Assembly: GCA_964385425.1 (NCBI GenBank)
Contig: CAYLOQ010000002.1
Location: 12,714 to 76,713, forward strand
Origin: Candidatus Woesearchaeota archaeon
Lineage (GTDB): Archaea > Nanobdellota > Nanobdellia > Pacearchaeales > GW2011-AR1
DNA: 64,000 nucleotides
Direction of reading: 5' to 3'
Shown in pieces: positions 28,060 to 38,520 of this stretch; the stretch's first letter is position 1; every line of letters starts with the position of its first letter. A model generated the notes under the pieces. It was given only the letters and a program-made list of their open reading frames with translations, was not told the origin of the DNA and searched no databases. A program made the position numbers and the translations under genes.

Positions 28060-30042
28060 TTACCCCCTCCTCCGCAAGCCAACAGTAACAATCAAAATAA
28101 TAAGAACAATAATTCCTACAAATAACAACCAAGGAACAAACAAAGGTATTATGTCTTCCCCATCTTTCTCTATTTTTTGGGGTGTCTTCTCCAATATTAA
28201 GTCTTTCTCTTCTATTTTTAGTGGTTCTTTCGCTTCTATTTTCACAATTTCTTTATTTAGGAATATTGTTTCCATTTGGATTGGTTCTCTTTCCAGAACA
28301 GAAATAGTTTCCTCTCTTTCATCATCTTCACCATCAAAAATAGCTTTTATCACAAGAGTATAATTTCCTTTTTTCGCATTTCCAGGAATCTTAATAGAAA
28401 TAGTTTCTGAATAAAAATCATCTTCACCAAATTCTTCTAGTTCAAAAGTTTCACTCTCTGTCAAAACACCGAGTTCTTTTATTTCAACAACCACATAAAC
28501 ATCCTCATCACTTTCTCCAATATTTTGTACCTCTGTAAAAACATCAAAACTCTTTCCAGCAATAATAGATAATGGGTTTATTGAAAAATCTTCGATAATA
28601 ACTTCGTGTTTTTCTCTTTCTAAATCAATACTAATCGCGCCTTCAACACACTGTGATCCCTCATCACCTTTTTCATAAGCTTTTACAAAAACAAGATAGG
28701 CATCGTCTTCGAAGTCATCAGGAACTTCGAGAATCAAATCAAATTTTTTATCATCATTATCTTTAATTTTCTTATCATCATCGATATTTTGTATTTCGTC
28801 GTCCTCATCAATATTGTATAAGGATGCTTCAACAATTATTTTCTTATCATCATCAGCGTTGTTCTTAACCTCAACCTTCACTTCTATTTCTTCTCCCGGC
28901 CCAAATTCATCGCCTTCATCAGGATCTTTTAACTCTAAATCCAAATCTCCGACAACCCCTGATTTACAGGTGTCTAAGTCATCAAACAAGCTTAAATTAT
29001 GTTTGATTCCACTTTCTCCCGTTTTAAATGAAGAAAAGTGATCAACTTTGAAAACAATTTCACCGTTTGTCGTAGGGTGTGGAGTAGATTCTAAAATATT
29101 ACAGAAATCACATTTTTGGTTTATTGAATTAGGGATTGTCGTAAATCCCTCTGTGAAAAAGATTTCGGGAATTGTATTATATCTTAACCCACTTAAGGTA
29201 ATTATTGCCGGTTTGTCTAGTTGAGGATAAAATGAACTATCTATGGCAACAATCCCTCTTTTTATTTTAACCCTGCTATTCAAATCAGTAACTCCAGATA
29301 AATTTAAACCTTCTAAAAACTCTATTTTTCCTTTTCCTGTTTTTTCAAGAACCACACCTTCCACATTATCTAACTCATCTAAATCTAAAGAATCAAAATC
29401 AGTGGTAGCACCGTCAAAATTCTCTGTTTCAGGTCTTTCTATAATGATTTCCCATTCTTTTGAAACAGTAAGAAATCCGTCGTTGGCAATAGCTGTAATG
29501 TTGTGTTTCCCCTTATCGCTGTTGTTAACTTCATATGAAAAAGAGCTTTCACTTGTATTTGTTATATTAAGAACACTTTTCCCATCTAAAAACCATGAAT
29601 GATTAACAATATCCATGTAACCAGTTGTCGTTGATATATCAAAACTTATATTTTGGGTTTTAGTTACAGTTATGATTTCTGTTTCAGGATTGTGATTAGT
29701 AACATTCAACGCATCCCCTGTCAAAGCAGACAAATTCAGATTAATATCCTGGGGAGAAATACAATCTATTTTTTGTTCAGCTTCAGAATTATTAATGGTT
29801 ATGTCAATCCCATCAAAGCATTCTTCAAACTGGATTAATACAGGCCCATATTTACTTTCATTATCCACACTCGCATTAGCAATTTCTGTTCCATTTATTG
29901 AAAAATTAACAGGCGTTCCTTCAGCAGCAATTCTACCATCTATTTTCACATCACCCTGAAAAATAAGAAACTGGGGAATTGATGCAACTACAGAAATGCT
30001 AATTAATAAAATTCCAAATATTATCAGTGATTTTTTGTCCAT
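28060..30042 (-). CDS. acidic cell-surface protein (660 aa) with many N-glycosylation sequons and C-terminal TM anchor
   Basis: N-terminal signal, Ig-like beta-rich repeats, C-terminal PWLLFVGIIVLIILIVTVGLRRRG anchor. Confidence 0.65.
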   Translation of the reverse strand: MDKKSLIIFGILLISISVVASIPQFLIFQGDVKIDGRIAAEGTPVNFSINGTEIANASVDNESKYGPVLIQFEECFDGIDITINNSEAEQKIDCISPQDINLNLSALTGDALNVTNHNPETEIITVTKTQNISFDISTTTGYMDIVNHSWFLDGKSVLNITNTSESSFSYEVNNSDKGKHNITAIANDGFLTVSKEWEIIIERPETENFDGATTDFDSLDLDELDNVEGVVLEKTGKGKIEFLEGLNLSGVTDLNSRVKIKRGIVAIDSSFYPQLDKPAIITLSGLRYNTIPEIFFTEGFTTIPNSINQKCDFCNILESTPHPTTNGEIVFKVDHFSSFKTGESGIKHNLSLFDDLDTCKSGVVGDLDLELKDPDEGDEFGPGEEIEVKVEVKNNADDDKKIIVEASLYNIDEDDEIQNIDDDKKIKDNDDKKFDLILEVPDDFEDDAYLVFVKAYEKGDEGSQCVEGAISIDLEREKHEVIIEDFSINPLSIIAGKSFDVFTEVQNIGESDEDVYVVVEIKELGVLTESETFELEEFGEDDFYSETISIKIPGNAKKGNYTLVIKAIFDGEDDEREETISVLEREPIQMETIFLNKEIVKIEAKEPLKIEEKDLILEKTPQKIEKDGEDIIPLFVPWLLFVGIIVLIILIVTVGLRRRG

Positions 30043-30713
30043 TTTCGGGGTTTAAATTTAATTAACACCACCCCTGCTCCCAAAATCACCAGAACGGTAA
30101 TTACTATAATGCCTTTCCCAGAACCTAAAAAACCAATAGCAGCGCCCGTTATCCCAGATCTTATTGCTCCCTGCTCTTCTATTTCCTGACTCTCTTCTTG
30201 CACTACTTCTTCTCCAGAACTTGAACCAGATCCACTTGTTTCTGTTGTTGGCGGGCTAATGAATCCTCCTCCGCCTCCAGAACTACCAGAAGAACCGCCA
30301 CCTCCACCACCGCCTCCAGAAGAGCCTGAAGAGCTAGGAGGACTAGGAGGTGTTATGATTACGGATAAATCCATGAAAATGGTCTTGCCTCCTTGTCTTG
30401 TAGGTGTTATTGAAGTTCCTGCTATCTCATCAAGAATTTTAAATTCAATTGAATCACTAGATTCACCTGTTGCCACATATAAGTCGTACTCCCCTGCCTC
30501 TGTGACATTATAAACAGATTCCAGCACAGAATCAACATAGATACTTATCTGTATTCCTACTACAGCGTTTTGTCCGTCAATAGTCACATTTCCTATGAAA
30601 TGGTCTGGTAAAGGAGGGATAGGGGGCAAGGCATAAACCAGACTAATAAAGAAAACACTCAAAAAGATTAAAACTATTTCTTTTTTCGCTTTAATATTAA
30701 TTTTCTTTTCCAT
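30024..30713 (-). CDS. surface protein with Gly/Ser linker and C-terminal TM anchor
   Basis: Signal peptide, PSPPSSSGSSGGGGGGGG linker, C-terminal TM plus basic tail. Confidence 0.55.
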   Translation of the reverse strand: MEKKINIKAKKEIVLIFLSVFFISLVYALPPIPPLPDHFIGNVTIDGQNAVVGIQISIYVDSVLESVYNVTEAGEYDLYVATGESSDSIEFKILDEIAGTSITPTRQGGKTIFMDLSVIITPPSPPSSSGSSGGGGGGGGSSGSSGGGGGFISPPTTETSGSGSSSGEEVVQEESQEIEEQGAIRSGITGAAIGFLGSGKGIIVITVLVILGAGVVLIKFKPRKWTKNH

Positions 30714-31093
30714 GTTAAGAGTCCTGCAGCCAAGATTATTAAGGCTGCTCCAAGGTAATAAACGAGGTATGATTTTTCAATTTTTAAACTTAATTGTTCA
30801 AAACCACTGCTTTCGTAAGATATACTTTCATTAGCAGAAATTCCGTCGACATAAAACTCCACTTCCTGCCCTGCTTCAAGTTTCTGCAGCAGAATAGTAA
30901 ACTTTCCTCTCTCATTCACTTCTGAACTCGCAAACTCTTCGCCATCCAAAAGAGCAGTTATTTCTGTTCCAACCTTTGCAGGATTTTCATTAATATAAAC
31001 ATCACCAGAAACAATCATTGGAAGTTCTGGAACTGCAAGAATAAAACCGGAACTTATTATTAAAATTAATAAACCTAAGGGAAAAATTTTCAT
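30674..31093 (-). CDS. small secreted C-terminally anchored protein
   Basis: Signal peptide plus C-terminal TM/KRKKK. Confidence 0.5.
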   Translation of the reverse strand: MKIFPLGLLILIISSGFILAVPELPMIVSGDVYINENPAKVGTEITALLDGEEFASSEVNERGKFTILLQKLEAGQEVEFYVDGISANESISYESSGFEQLSLKIEKSYLVYYLGAALIILAAGLLTWKRKLILKRKKK

Positions 31094-31094
31094 T

Positions 31095-34000
31095 TTACTT
31101 AAAGATGTAAACCCAATAACCTTCTCCAGGGTTCATTAAATTTGAGGTAACCATAAGTTCAAATTTGTCTAGAGATTCATCATATCTTATTACAGAGAAG
31201 ACAGGTAGGGGCTCGTCAAAGATTGAGCTAAATGCACTACTGACATTCATTTCCTCTGTTGAAGTCAGTCCGATTAAATTCCATCCTCCTTCCAAGGCGT
31301 CAATATTGATTTTTCCAGAAGGAAGGCAGAAAGGTCCCGTACAATCTCCAGAATAATCTAATCCCAAAATTGTTAATGTAGCATTATCAACCCAATACCC
31401 TATTCCAGGTTCTATTGTTACAGGTCTAGCCCACACATTTCCGTTATATTCCCAGACAGCATTGATTGGTAACAATGTATTTGTAACATTTTCAACTAGG
31501 GTCTTTGGAACAGAAACCAGATTCCACGATGAATCAAGTTCCCAGATTAAGTCGTTTACTGTTATTGTAAATGTTGAACTTGTTTGTGTTTTTCCTGCAT
31601 TATCTTCCGCCGTGATATGGTAATCTACTGTTCCTTTTTCAGTTGAAGCAAGAATTGTGAAGGTATATGAATCTCCACTTATAACAGGCGTATTATCTGT
31701 TCCTCCAACTCCATCAACAGTATAATGAAGTGTTGCACTTGCAACCCCGCTTCCACTATCTATTATGGTAGCTGTTATCTCTGTAGAATCTCCAACAACT
31801 CTTTTTGTTATTGTTTGTGTGTGAGTTATTTCTGGAGGAGTTGTATCAAGAGTTATATCATCTGAAAACTGGTCAACATTTCCTGCATCATCTCTAACTT
31901 CAAGGTAAACTGTTTTACTTCCGTCACCTGCTGTTAATACCCGTGTTTTTGATGTTGTACAAGCTTCCCATGAACTCCAGGTGCTTGCATCATTACTAAA
32001 CCTACATTCTAATTCAGTGTCTAAATTATCAGCGAATGTTAAACCCAATTCAATATTTGCATTACCTGTATATAGTGCTCCACCTTCTATTGAGACAGAA
32101 CCTGTTGGGTCTGTGAAATCTATATTGAATGTTCTTGAAACTTCTGTTCCTTCATTTCCAGAATTATCTTCTGTTTTAATAAATACTTCACAAATATTGG
32201 TTCCTTCATCTCGACAATTCGATCCACTTCCAACCGTTATTAATCTTGAAATAATTTCATTATTTCCACTACAAGAACCTGCACTCTTGTAAAATTCTGT
32301 GATTGTTCCATTACTTACAACCTTATATTTACATTCACCATCAGCTAATCCTGCTCCCCCTGTATCAGAATATTCAAGTTCAGCATTAAAATCAGAATTC
32401 TGCCAAGAACTTTCTGCAGGAGAATTTACTGTTGATGTCGGTGCATCATGATCTGTGTTAACACCTGCGTCATAAGCCCAAGGAGTAAAATCAACATCTC
32501 CAACTAACTGATCACTTGGGTCTAAATCTCCCCACCAGTTATCTTCTGCATCAAGAACATAACTTCCTGATGTTTTTAAAATACTTACAGATTTGAGTCC
32601 ATATGCTCCAGGTATTCCTACTAACTTGTTAAGATTAATTCTATTTCCAAGCCCAAAATTGGAATCTGTAAGAGTATCATCAGGATCAGCTCCACCAACA
32701 TTTGTATCAAAGAATGCTACTCCATAATTGTTTGTAGAGTCAACATCGTTATTTGTGAAAACGAAATCAGATAAAATTCCTGAAGGAGCAGATGCATCCT
32801 GTGTCCAAACATACGCAACCCCGTCTGTATCTCTAAAAGTGTTATCGTTAATCAATATATCTATTAAATTGGAATTTTGTAAATTAATTGGTATTGAACC
32901 TTTGTTTACTGTGTTACGCTTAAAGTCTAAACTTTCAACTTCAGTATTTAGGGGAAATCCAAAACTTCCACCAATCTTCCAAGGATTTGAAATCATGTTT
33001 GTTGGTCCATTGAAGACATTGTCGTTCATGACTATATTGGAAACTTTGTTGGTTGGCGTTCCTCCACCAATCCAAACACCAATAGAAGGATCAGTTGTTA
33101 AATCAAATACGGAATTTAAAATTTGTACATTATTAATAGCAGATGATGAAGAATCAATTGTGATTGCAACCCCACTAGAAGGGTTGAAAGTAAATCCATC
33201 TAATGTGACATCGCTTGAAGTTATTGTATGAGTACCGTTAATTATAGCTTCACTATTTTCCTGTAATGTTACTTTTTTATTAATAGTTAAACTTTCTTCA
33301 TATTCTCCAGAATAAATATTAATTATAGCTTCCGAAGATGCTGCATTTATGCTTGGCTGAATTCCTCCATAAAACTCCCCCGTTCCATCCACTTCTGCAA
33401 CATGGAAGAAATCATCTATATTATTTGTGAAAGTATTTCCACTTAGAGTAGCTGTTCCAGTAGTTCTCTCAAACACAAGCCCCCTCACATTATCATGAAT
33501 ATTATTGTTTGTCATAACTGCACTTGAACTGTCTGTTGTTGAAAAAACAGATGTTATAACAATAGCAGAATCACTATCATAGATTTCGTTATCGTGAATA
33601 TTTGCATGCGAATCGGCTTCGCTACTATCCCAAGCAAAGGAACTCACAAATATGCCTGGAGAGTCCCATGTAGGGGGCCAATCAGTACTTAAGGCATTAT
33701 GTAATTCGTTTCCATAAATTTCTACATTAGAACCGTCAAAAACATTAACTAAATTTTGAACTCTACTTGTTCCATCAACATTATCTCCCACAACTTCGTT
33801 ATCATAGAAAATTCCATCAGAATTGAGATATCTAATACCTCTTTTTTGGAATGAAGAGATTGTGTTGTTGTTTATGTCTGAATTGGTTGAATCGTCAACT
33901 TGAATCCCATTTCCTTGATTTTTCCAAACATTCTTTACATCAGAATTTTTAATTTCCACATTATCAGTACTTGAAAGCCATATCCCATAATCAAATACAT

Positions 34001-35471
34001 TGTCCCCTGTTTCTAAGCCACTGCCATTAACTTCAAAATTATCAAACACAACACCATCTGCAGTGATTTTTACAATATAATTATGAATTGAATCATCTCC
34101 AGAAATTACTGGCTTTGTCACTCCTGTTCCTACTAATGTAAGTGACTTATCTATTAAGATACTTTCGGGGTAACTGTCTGAAACAACCTCAATTGTATCA
34201 CTAGGACTTGCAGCGTCGATTGCATCCTGGATTATGCTGAAAACATTAAACTCAACAGGATCGCTGAAATCGTCATTCTCTGCATTGTCTGTAGCATAAG
34301 CACAAACCCATGAATGCCCTGTTATTGAAACAGAAACTCCACTTATGTATGTTCCCAAATCACCTGGAGAACATGAAGCCCCTGGATCTGTAGTATAAAC
34401 TTTATATTTAGTTTCACTACAGTCACTTACACCATCTGTGCAGCTTATTGTTGCTGTTACACCATCAGCATCAACGATTAAACCAGAAGGTGCTCCACTA
34501 ACGCTTGCAGTTGGATCTGTTTTATCAATTTTAACAGTCTTTTCTTGTGTATTTTGAACATTCCCTGCAAAATCTTTTGAAGCGTATCTAAAGTGAGTTG
34601 TGCCTTCTGCTGTTATTGGAACTGAACTAACATAAGTTATACCACTTACAGGATCACAACTTTCAGTCAAACAATATCTTGTCCATTCAATTACAGAACT
34701 TGGTGAAGGATCAGTTTGAGTCAAAGTAATCGTTTGATCTGAATCTACCCATTCATCATCAAAAGCATAATTGTCTGAAGTTGTTGGATCAACAGTATCA
34801 ACAATTGTAGAGGCGTCAGCACTTCCAGGAGCACTTTCTATATTTCCTGAATTATCTGTTGCTATTGTATGAAAGTCGTAATTTCCATCCCCTCCTGTTG
34901 TACTTGAATCAAAAGAAATTGGACTAGAAGTAAAAACCCCATAAGAGGTTAAACTTCCACCATCTTTTTTGTAGAATAATTCAACTTCTTTCACACCAGA
35001 AGCAGAATCTGTTGCCGTATAAGGAACATCAAATGTTACAGTATTTTGAAAAGTACTTAAAGAGTCTGCGGAAGATGTAGGAGCATTATTATCTACAGTA
35101 AAAACAGAGTTAGAAACATCATCTGGTGCTCCAGGAGAACTTCCTGTTTCAACAACCTGTATTAAATAATTAGTACCATCAGGAGTGGAGGTAGTATCCC
35201 ATAATTGAGACCTTGAAGTATGAAATAATGTTTCTACAATTGTTGTCCAACTCTCCCCACCATTAGGTGAGTATCTTACATCAAATCTATCACTGGACTC
35301 ACTTCCTGTCACATCCCAAGTAATAATAACACCATCACTAACAAATTCTTCTCCATCTGGAAAAGTGAGATCAATACTTGTCGCAGCACTAACAACACCC
35401 AAAAATCCGAAGATAAATATTAGAGAAACCAGTGGAAGAATCAAACCTTTTTTTATCTCCATAACTTTCAA
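31095..35471 (-). CDS. giant surface protein (1458 aa) with parallel beta-helix (pectate-lyase/NosD-like) repeats
   Basis: Signal peptide; repeated N-x-I/V...N-x-F/V beta-helix rungs (NNTISSFQKRGIRYLNSDGIFYDNEV...), Thr/Ser/Asp-rich. Confidence 0.75.
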   Translation of the reverse strand: MKVMEIKKGLILPLVSLIFIFGFLGVVSAATSIDLTFPDGEEFVSDGVIITWDVTGSESSDRFDVRYSPNGGESWTTIVETLFHTSRSQLWDTTSTPDGTNYLIQVVETGSSPGAPDDVSNSVFTVDNNAPTSSADSLSTFQNTVTFDVPYTATDSASGVKEVELFYKKDGGSLTSYGVFTSSPISFDSSTTGGDGNYDFHTIATDNSGNIESAPGSADASTIVDTVDPTTSDNYAFDDEWVDSDQTITLTQTDPSPSSVIEWTRYCLTESCDPVSGITYVSSVPITAEGTTHFRYASKDFAGNVQNTQEKTVKIDKTDPTASVSGAPSGLIVDADGVTATISCTDGVSDCSETKYKVYTTDPGASCSPGDLGTYISGVSVSITGHSWVCAYATDNAENDDFSDPVEFNVFSIIQDAIDAASPSDTIEVVSDSYPESILIDKSLTLVGTGVTKPVISGDDSIHNYIVKITADGVVFDNFEVNGSGLETGDNVFDYGIWLSSTDNVEIKNSDVKNVWKNQGNGIQVDDSTNSDINNNTISSFQKRGIRYLNSDGIFYDNEVVGDNVDGTSRVQNLVNVFDGSNVEIYGNELHNALSTDWPPTWDSPGIFVSSFAWDSSEADSHANIHDNEIYDSDSAIVITSVFSTTDSSSAVMTNNNIHDNVRGLVFERTTGTATLSGNTFTNNIDDFFHVAEVDGTGEFYGGIQPSINAASSEAIINIYSGEYEESLTINKKVTLQENSEAIINGTHTITSSDVTLDGFTFNPSSGVAITIDSSSSAINNVQILNSVFDLTTDPSIGVWIGGGTPTNKVSNIVMNDNVFNGPTNMISNPWKIGGSFGFPLNTEVESLDFKRNTVNKGSIPINLQNSNLIDILINDNTFRDTDGVAYVWTQDASAPSGILSDFVFTNNDVDSTNNYGVAFFDTNVGGADPDDTLTDSNFGLGNRINLNKLVGIPGAYGLKSVSILKTSGSYVLDAEDNWWGDLDPSDQLVGDVDFTPWAYDAGVNTDHDAPTSTVNSPAESSWQNSDFNAELEYSDTGGAGLADGECKYKVVSNGTITEFYKSAGSCSGNNEIISRLITVGSGSNCRDEGTNICEVFIKTEDNSGNEGTEVSRTFNIDFTDPTGSVSIEGGALYTGNANIELGLTFADNLDTELECRFSNDASTWSSWEACTTSKTRVLTAGDGSKTVYLEVRDDAGNVDQFSDDITLDTTPPEITHTQTITKRVVGDSTEITATIIDSGSGVASATLHYTVDGVGGTDNTPVISGDSYTFTILASTEKGTVDYHITAEDNAGKTQTSSTFTITVNDLIWELDSSWNLVSVPKTLVENVTNTLLPINAVWEYNGNVWARPVTIEPGIGYWVDNATLTILGLDYSGDCTGPFCLPSGKINIDALEGGWNLIGLTSTEEMNVSSAFSSIFDEPLPVFSVIRYDESLDKFELMVTSNLMNPGEGYWVYIFK

Positions 35472-35787
35472 TAAAAGAAAACCCTATTTAAATATTTTTA
35501 TATTCGAAGGATTATATCTAAGTGGGTGCTTTCTGTCATCCCTTTTAATTGATGAATCAATATTTATCCTATCTCCTATTAATATAAGGGGGTTTTAGGG
35601 GTTTGTGATGGTGACTTTATTTGAAGATGTTATTTCAGGGTGAATTGGGAAGACTAGGGGAATTAGTGATACTCTGACCACAGAAGAGTACCCATTAGAA
35701 TGTTTAGAATTTCATCCCTTTATCGAATCCCAATGATTGTCGGGAAGTACGCTTGGAACATGGGAGATTTTTATTGAGATGCTTTAT

Positions 35788-36075
35788 TTAATTATTGCGA
35801 CGATGACCTATTTTAACAAACACTTCCATAAATACCCACGCAACCAAAAATAAGAGCGCCCATAAACTATATCCCCATATAAGATTATATAATATTAACA
35901 AAACTATTGCTCCCCAAAAAATAAAGATAAAAATCCATTTTAGAACCCATACTAGACCAGTAGAGAAGTTATATTTATAATTTTCTTCATTAAAAATTGC
36001 ATTAAAAATACCATAGATAAATACGCCTATTCTAGGTAATATTCCATCATCTCCAAAAGCATATTTTTCTACCAT
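35788..36075 (-). CDS. small membrane protein (95 aa)
   Basis: Two or three TM helices, Trp-rich. Confidence 0.4.
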   Translation of the reverse strand: MVEKYAFGDDGILPRIGVFIYGIFNAIFNEENYKYNFSTGLVWVLKWIFIFIFWGAIVLLILYNLIWGYSLWALLFLVAWVFMEVFVKIGHRRNN

Positions 36076-36144
36076 TTTATCTTTAAGTTTCTGTTGTTTT
36101 TATAGATTTCGGGACTATTAAAAAAGATTGGAACACTCATCTTA

Positions 36145-37278
36145 CTAAACCCCCACCAGCACCTTCTCCTTCCCAGTCTTCATATCCTTAACCTTAAACT
36201 TTTTACTCTTGACTTCTTTACTTCCAACGAAGATGGCATTTCCAATATTATAGCTATTTGCATATTCTAATGCCTTGCTAGGTTTCCCATAATAAATGCT
36301 AACAGTTTTCCCTTTTTTTCTTAACTTCTTCGCAAGTTCAATAGCTTTCCTATCTTGTCCGAGAGAAATAATGAGATATTTCTCTTTTTCACTTTTTATT
36401 TTTGTAACGGCAGACAGCCTCTCAATACTGACCCCATAGCCAACACCAGTCTTTCCATTAAAAGTATAGCTCCCTCCTCCAAAAATAGTTTCTTTAATTA
36501 CTGATTTTATTTCAAAAATGGTTCCCGTATAATAGCTAAGTCCTCTTGCCAAAGAAGGAGAAAATTTAATTTTAATTCCATAAAACTCACAATATTTTTT
36601 TAGTTCTTCAATTTCCCCATAGGCTTTATATTTCTTAAAGTAAGGTTCTGGTTTTTTTAATATTTTTAAAATATTTTCTGCCTTGTATTTTCTCAGATTC
36701 TTTTTAACCTCGGTTTCTGAAAGCTTATCAAGCTTATCTATTTCTCTTATAACTTGTTCCTTATCTGATTTCTTTATTTTATTCTCATCTAAGATTTCAT
36801 TAATTAACTTCCTATTATTTACATAGATTGTAAAATCTGTTCCCAATTTATCTAAAATCTCTTTTGCTGTTGATAAAATTTCTGCATCATCCTTTACCGT
36901 TGAACCAAGAATATCAACTTCGCACTGGGTAAATTGTCTGAATCTGTTTGAAGAAACTGGCTCATCTCTGAAAACAGGGCCTATTTGATATCTCTTATAG
37001 GGAAGTTTCTTGTTTTTCATAAGTCTTTTCAGTTGAAATGTAAATTCATATCTCAAGGCTAGCCTTCTCTTGCCTTTGTCTCTCAGCTTAAAGATGTCTG
37101 AGACAGCTTCATCTCCTTTATTCTCCCCTTTTACAAAATCTTCATATTCTATTATTGGAGTCTCTGCTGGTTCAAACCCATATCTCTCAAACGTATCAAC
37201 TATGATTTTTTTGATTTCTGCTCTCTTTCCAGCTTCTTCCCCTGAATAATCCTTGAAGCCTTTTACTGTTGGTGTCAT
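36145..37278 (-). CDS. hisS: histidyl-tRNA synthetase
   Basis: GFKDYSGEE N-terminal motif, YQIGPVFRDE...RFRQFTQCEVDILG motif 2, GGGSY motif 3, C-terminal anticodon-binding alpha/beta domain; tRNA-His gene lies about 450 bp upstream on the same strand. Confidence 0.8.
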   Translation of the reverse strand: MTPTVKGFKDYSGEEAGKRAEIKKIIVDTFERYGFEPAETPIIEYEDFVKGENKGDEAVSDIFKLRDKGKRRLALRYEFTFQLKRLMKNKKLPYKRYQIGPVFRDEPVSSNRFRQFTQCEVDILGSTVKDDAEILSTAKEILDKLGTDFTIYVNNRKLINEILDENKIKKSDKEQVIREIDKLDKLSETEVKKNLRKYKAENILKILKKPEPYFKKYKAYGEIEELKKYCEFYGIKIKFSPSLARGLSYYTGTIFEIKSVIKETIFGGGSYTFNGKTGVGYGVSIERLSAVTKIKSEKEKYLIISLGQDRKAIELAKKLRKKGKTVSIYYGKPSKALEYANSYNIGNAIFVGSKEVKSKKFKVKDMKTGKEKVLVGV

Positions 37279-37706
37279 TTTAGTTTCTCCAGTTTTTTAA
37301 TTAGTGAGTCAACTTTCTTAATTATTTCTTTAATCGCTTTTCCGCAAGCTATACGGTCTCCAAACTCTACATCTGAAATTTTCCACTTAACCACTTTTAT
37401 TTTTTTAATTCCCACATTCTTTAAGGAAATTTTACTTTCAAATAAAGATTTAGGAATTTCTTTCCCCACAACTACAATTAAGTCTACCCACCTCATTAAT
37501 TTAGTATCAATGCATTGGGGTTTTCCTTTCAAACTAATTCCTAGCTTCTTAGCTCCTTCAACCTGATATTTATCTAAGGGTGTCCAACCTTTAATAATCC
37601 CTGCACTCTTTACCTTAATATCCTTATTTTTATTTATCTTATTAAAATAATCTTCAGCTATCTTGCTTCGGAATCTATTCCATTTACAAATAAATAATAT
37701 TTTCAT
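37275..37706 (-). CDS. low-molecular-weight phosphatase/arsenate-reductase-like protein (CX5R)
   Basis: ILFICKWNRFRS P-loop of LMW-PTP fold. Confidence 0.5.
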   Translation of the reverse strand: MKILFICKWNRFRSKIAEDYFNKINKNKDIKVKSAGIIKGWTPLDKYQVEGAKKLGISLKGKPQCIDTKLMRWVDLIVVVGKEIPKSLFESKISLKNVGIKKIKVVKWKISDVEFGDRIACGKAIKEIIKKVDSLIKKLEKLK

Positions 37707-37729
37707 TTCATCCTCCTTTTAAATTTGAG

Positions 37730-37801
37730 GGTGGAAGGAGGGAATCGAACCCTCGTTTTGCGGACCACAACCACACGTTCTGCCATTAAACTACAACCAC
37801 C
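37730..37801 (-). tRNA. tRNA-His (anticodon GTG) with genomically encoded G-1
   Basis: G-1 plus acceptor GTGGTTG, D-arm GTTT/GAAC, anticodon stem TGTGG/CCGCA with loop TTGTGGT, T-arm GAGGG-TTCGATT-CCCTC, C73; two T.T mispairs in acceptor stem. Confidence 0.7.
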
Positions 37802-37978
37802 ATTATTTAATTTAGTAAAGAATGATATAAAAAGCTTACTTGATTTAGAGTAATTACTAAAGAAATCTTTTCTAATGATGCCGATAACTAACAGTTTTAG
37901 CTGTCATGATAATTCTTGGTAAGACTGGTTTTTAAAATTAACTATTTAAAACTAAAAGGAATTAAGAAAAAAATAAAA

Positions 37979-38416
37979 TTAAGGCCATGTGTTTGTCTGA
38001 GAGCAAATCTGTTCTACTCCTGAAGCATCTGTGAAATAAGCTGTGACTTCCACTTTATTAGCACCAGTTATTCCTCCATCAATATCTCTTGTCACTGTGT
38101 CTAGAGGAACTATATTTCCTGAAGAATCTATCACACCGCCACTACTGGTATCATTGAAGAACACTAATTTAACTCCTCCTATATCATCACCACCAACATT
38201 CCTGTGTAAGGTGACATCGTAATTTGTTCCATTAGTACTTACAACTATTGTTGCCCTTGTATCAACTTCCAAACACCTTGAACCAAGGTCAATTTGTTCA
38301 GCTCCCTGCTCAAGAACATTCCTTACAACTGTCCAAACAATAAATATTGCCACAAAAACCAAAAGTACTATTATTAAAATCGTTACAACACCCGATAGCC
38401 CTCTTTTATTTATCAT
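37979..38416 (-). CDS. archaeal type IV pilin-like protein (class III signal peptide)
   Basis: MINKRGLSG followed by hydrophobic helix (prepilin peptidase-type N-terminus), beta-rich C-terminus. Confidence 0.55.
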   Translation of the reverse strand: MINKRGLSGVVTILIIVLLVFVAIFIVWTVVRNVLEQGAEQIDLGSRCLEVDTRATIVVSTNGTNYDVTLHRNVGGDDIGGVKLVFFNDTSSGGVIDSSGNIVPLDTVTRDIDGGITGANKVEVTAYFTDASGVEQICSQTNTWP

Positions 38417-38520
38417 ATCACTCTTTTTGTTTAATTATTAATCTAATTAGATAACTTTAGTTTAAAAATGTTTTTATTCTATTTCATTGGTGCATAAGCG
38501 GTTGGTAATTTTGCTATGAT

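Noticed and set aside
28037-29838. Plus-strand ORFs 28037..28363, 28814..29041, 29243..29602, 29653..29838
   Set aside because: All lie antisense within the 660-aa surface-protein gene; Ser-rich shadow ORFs.
35365-35598. ORF 35365..35598(+)
   Set aside because: Overlaps the 5' end of the giant surface-protein gene and the G-rich intergenic module; likely non-coding.
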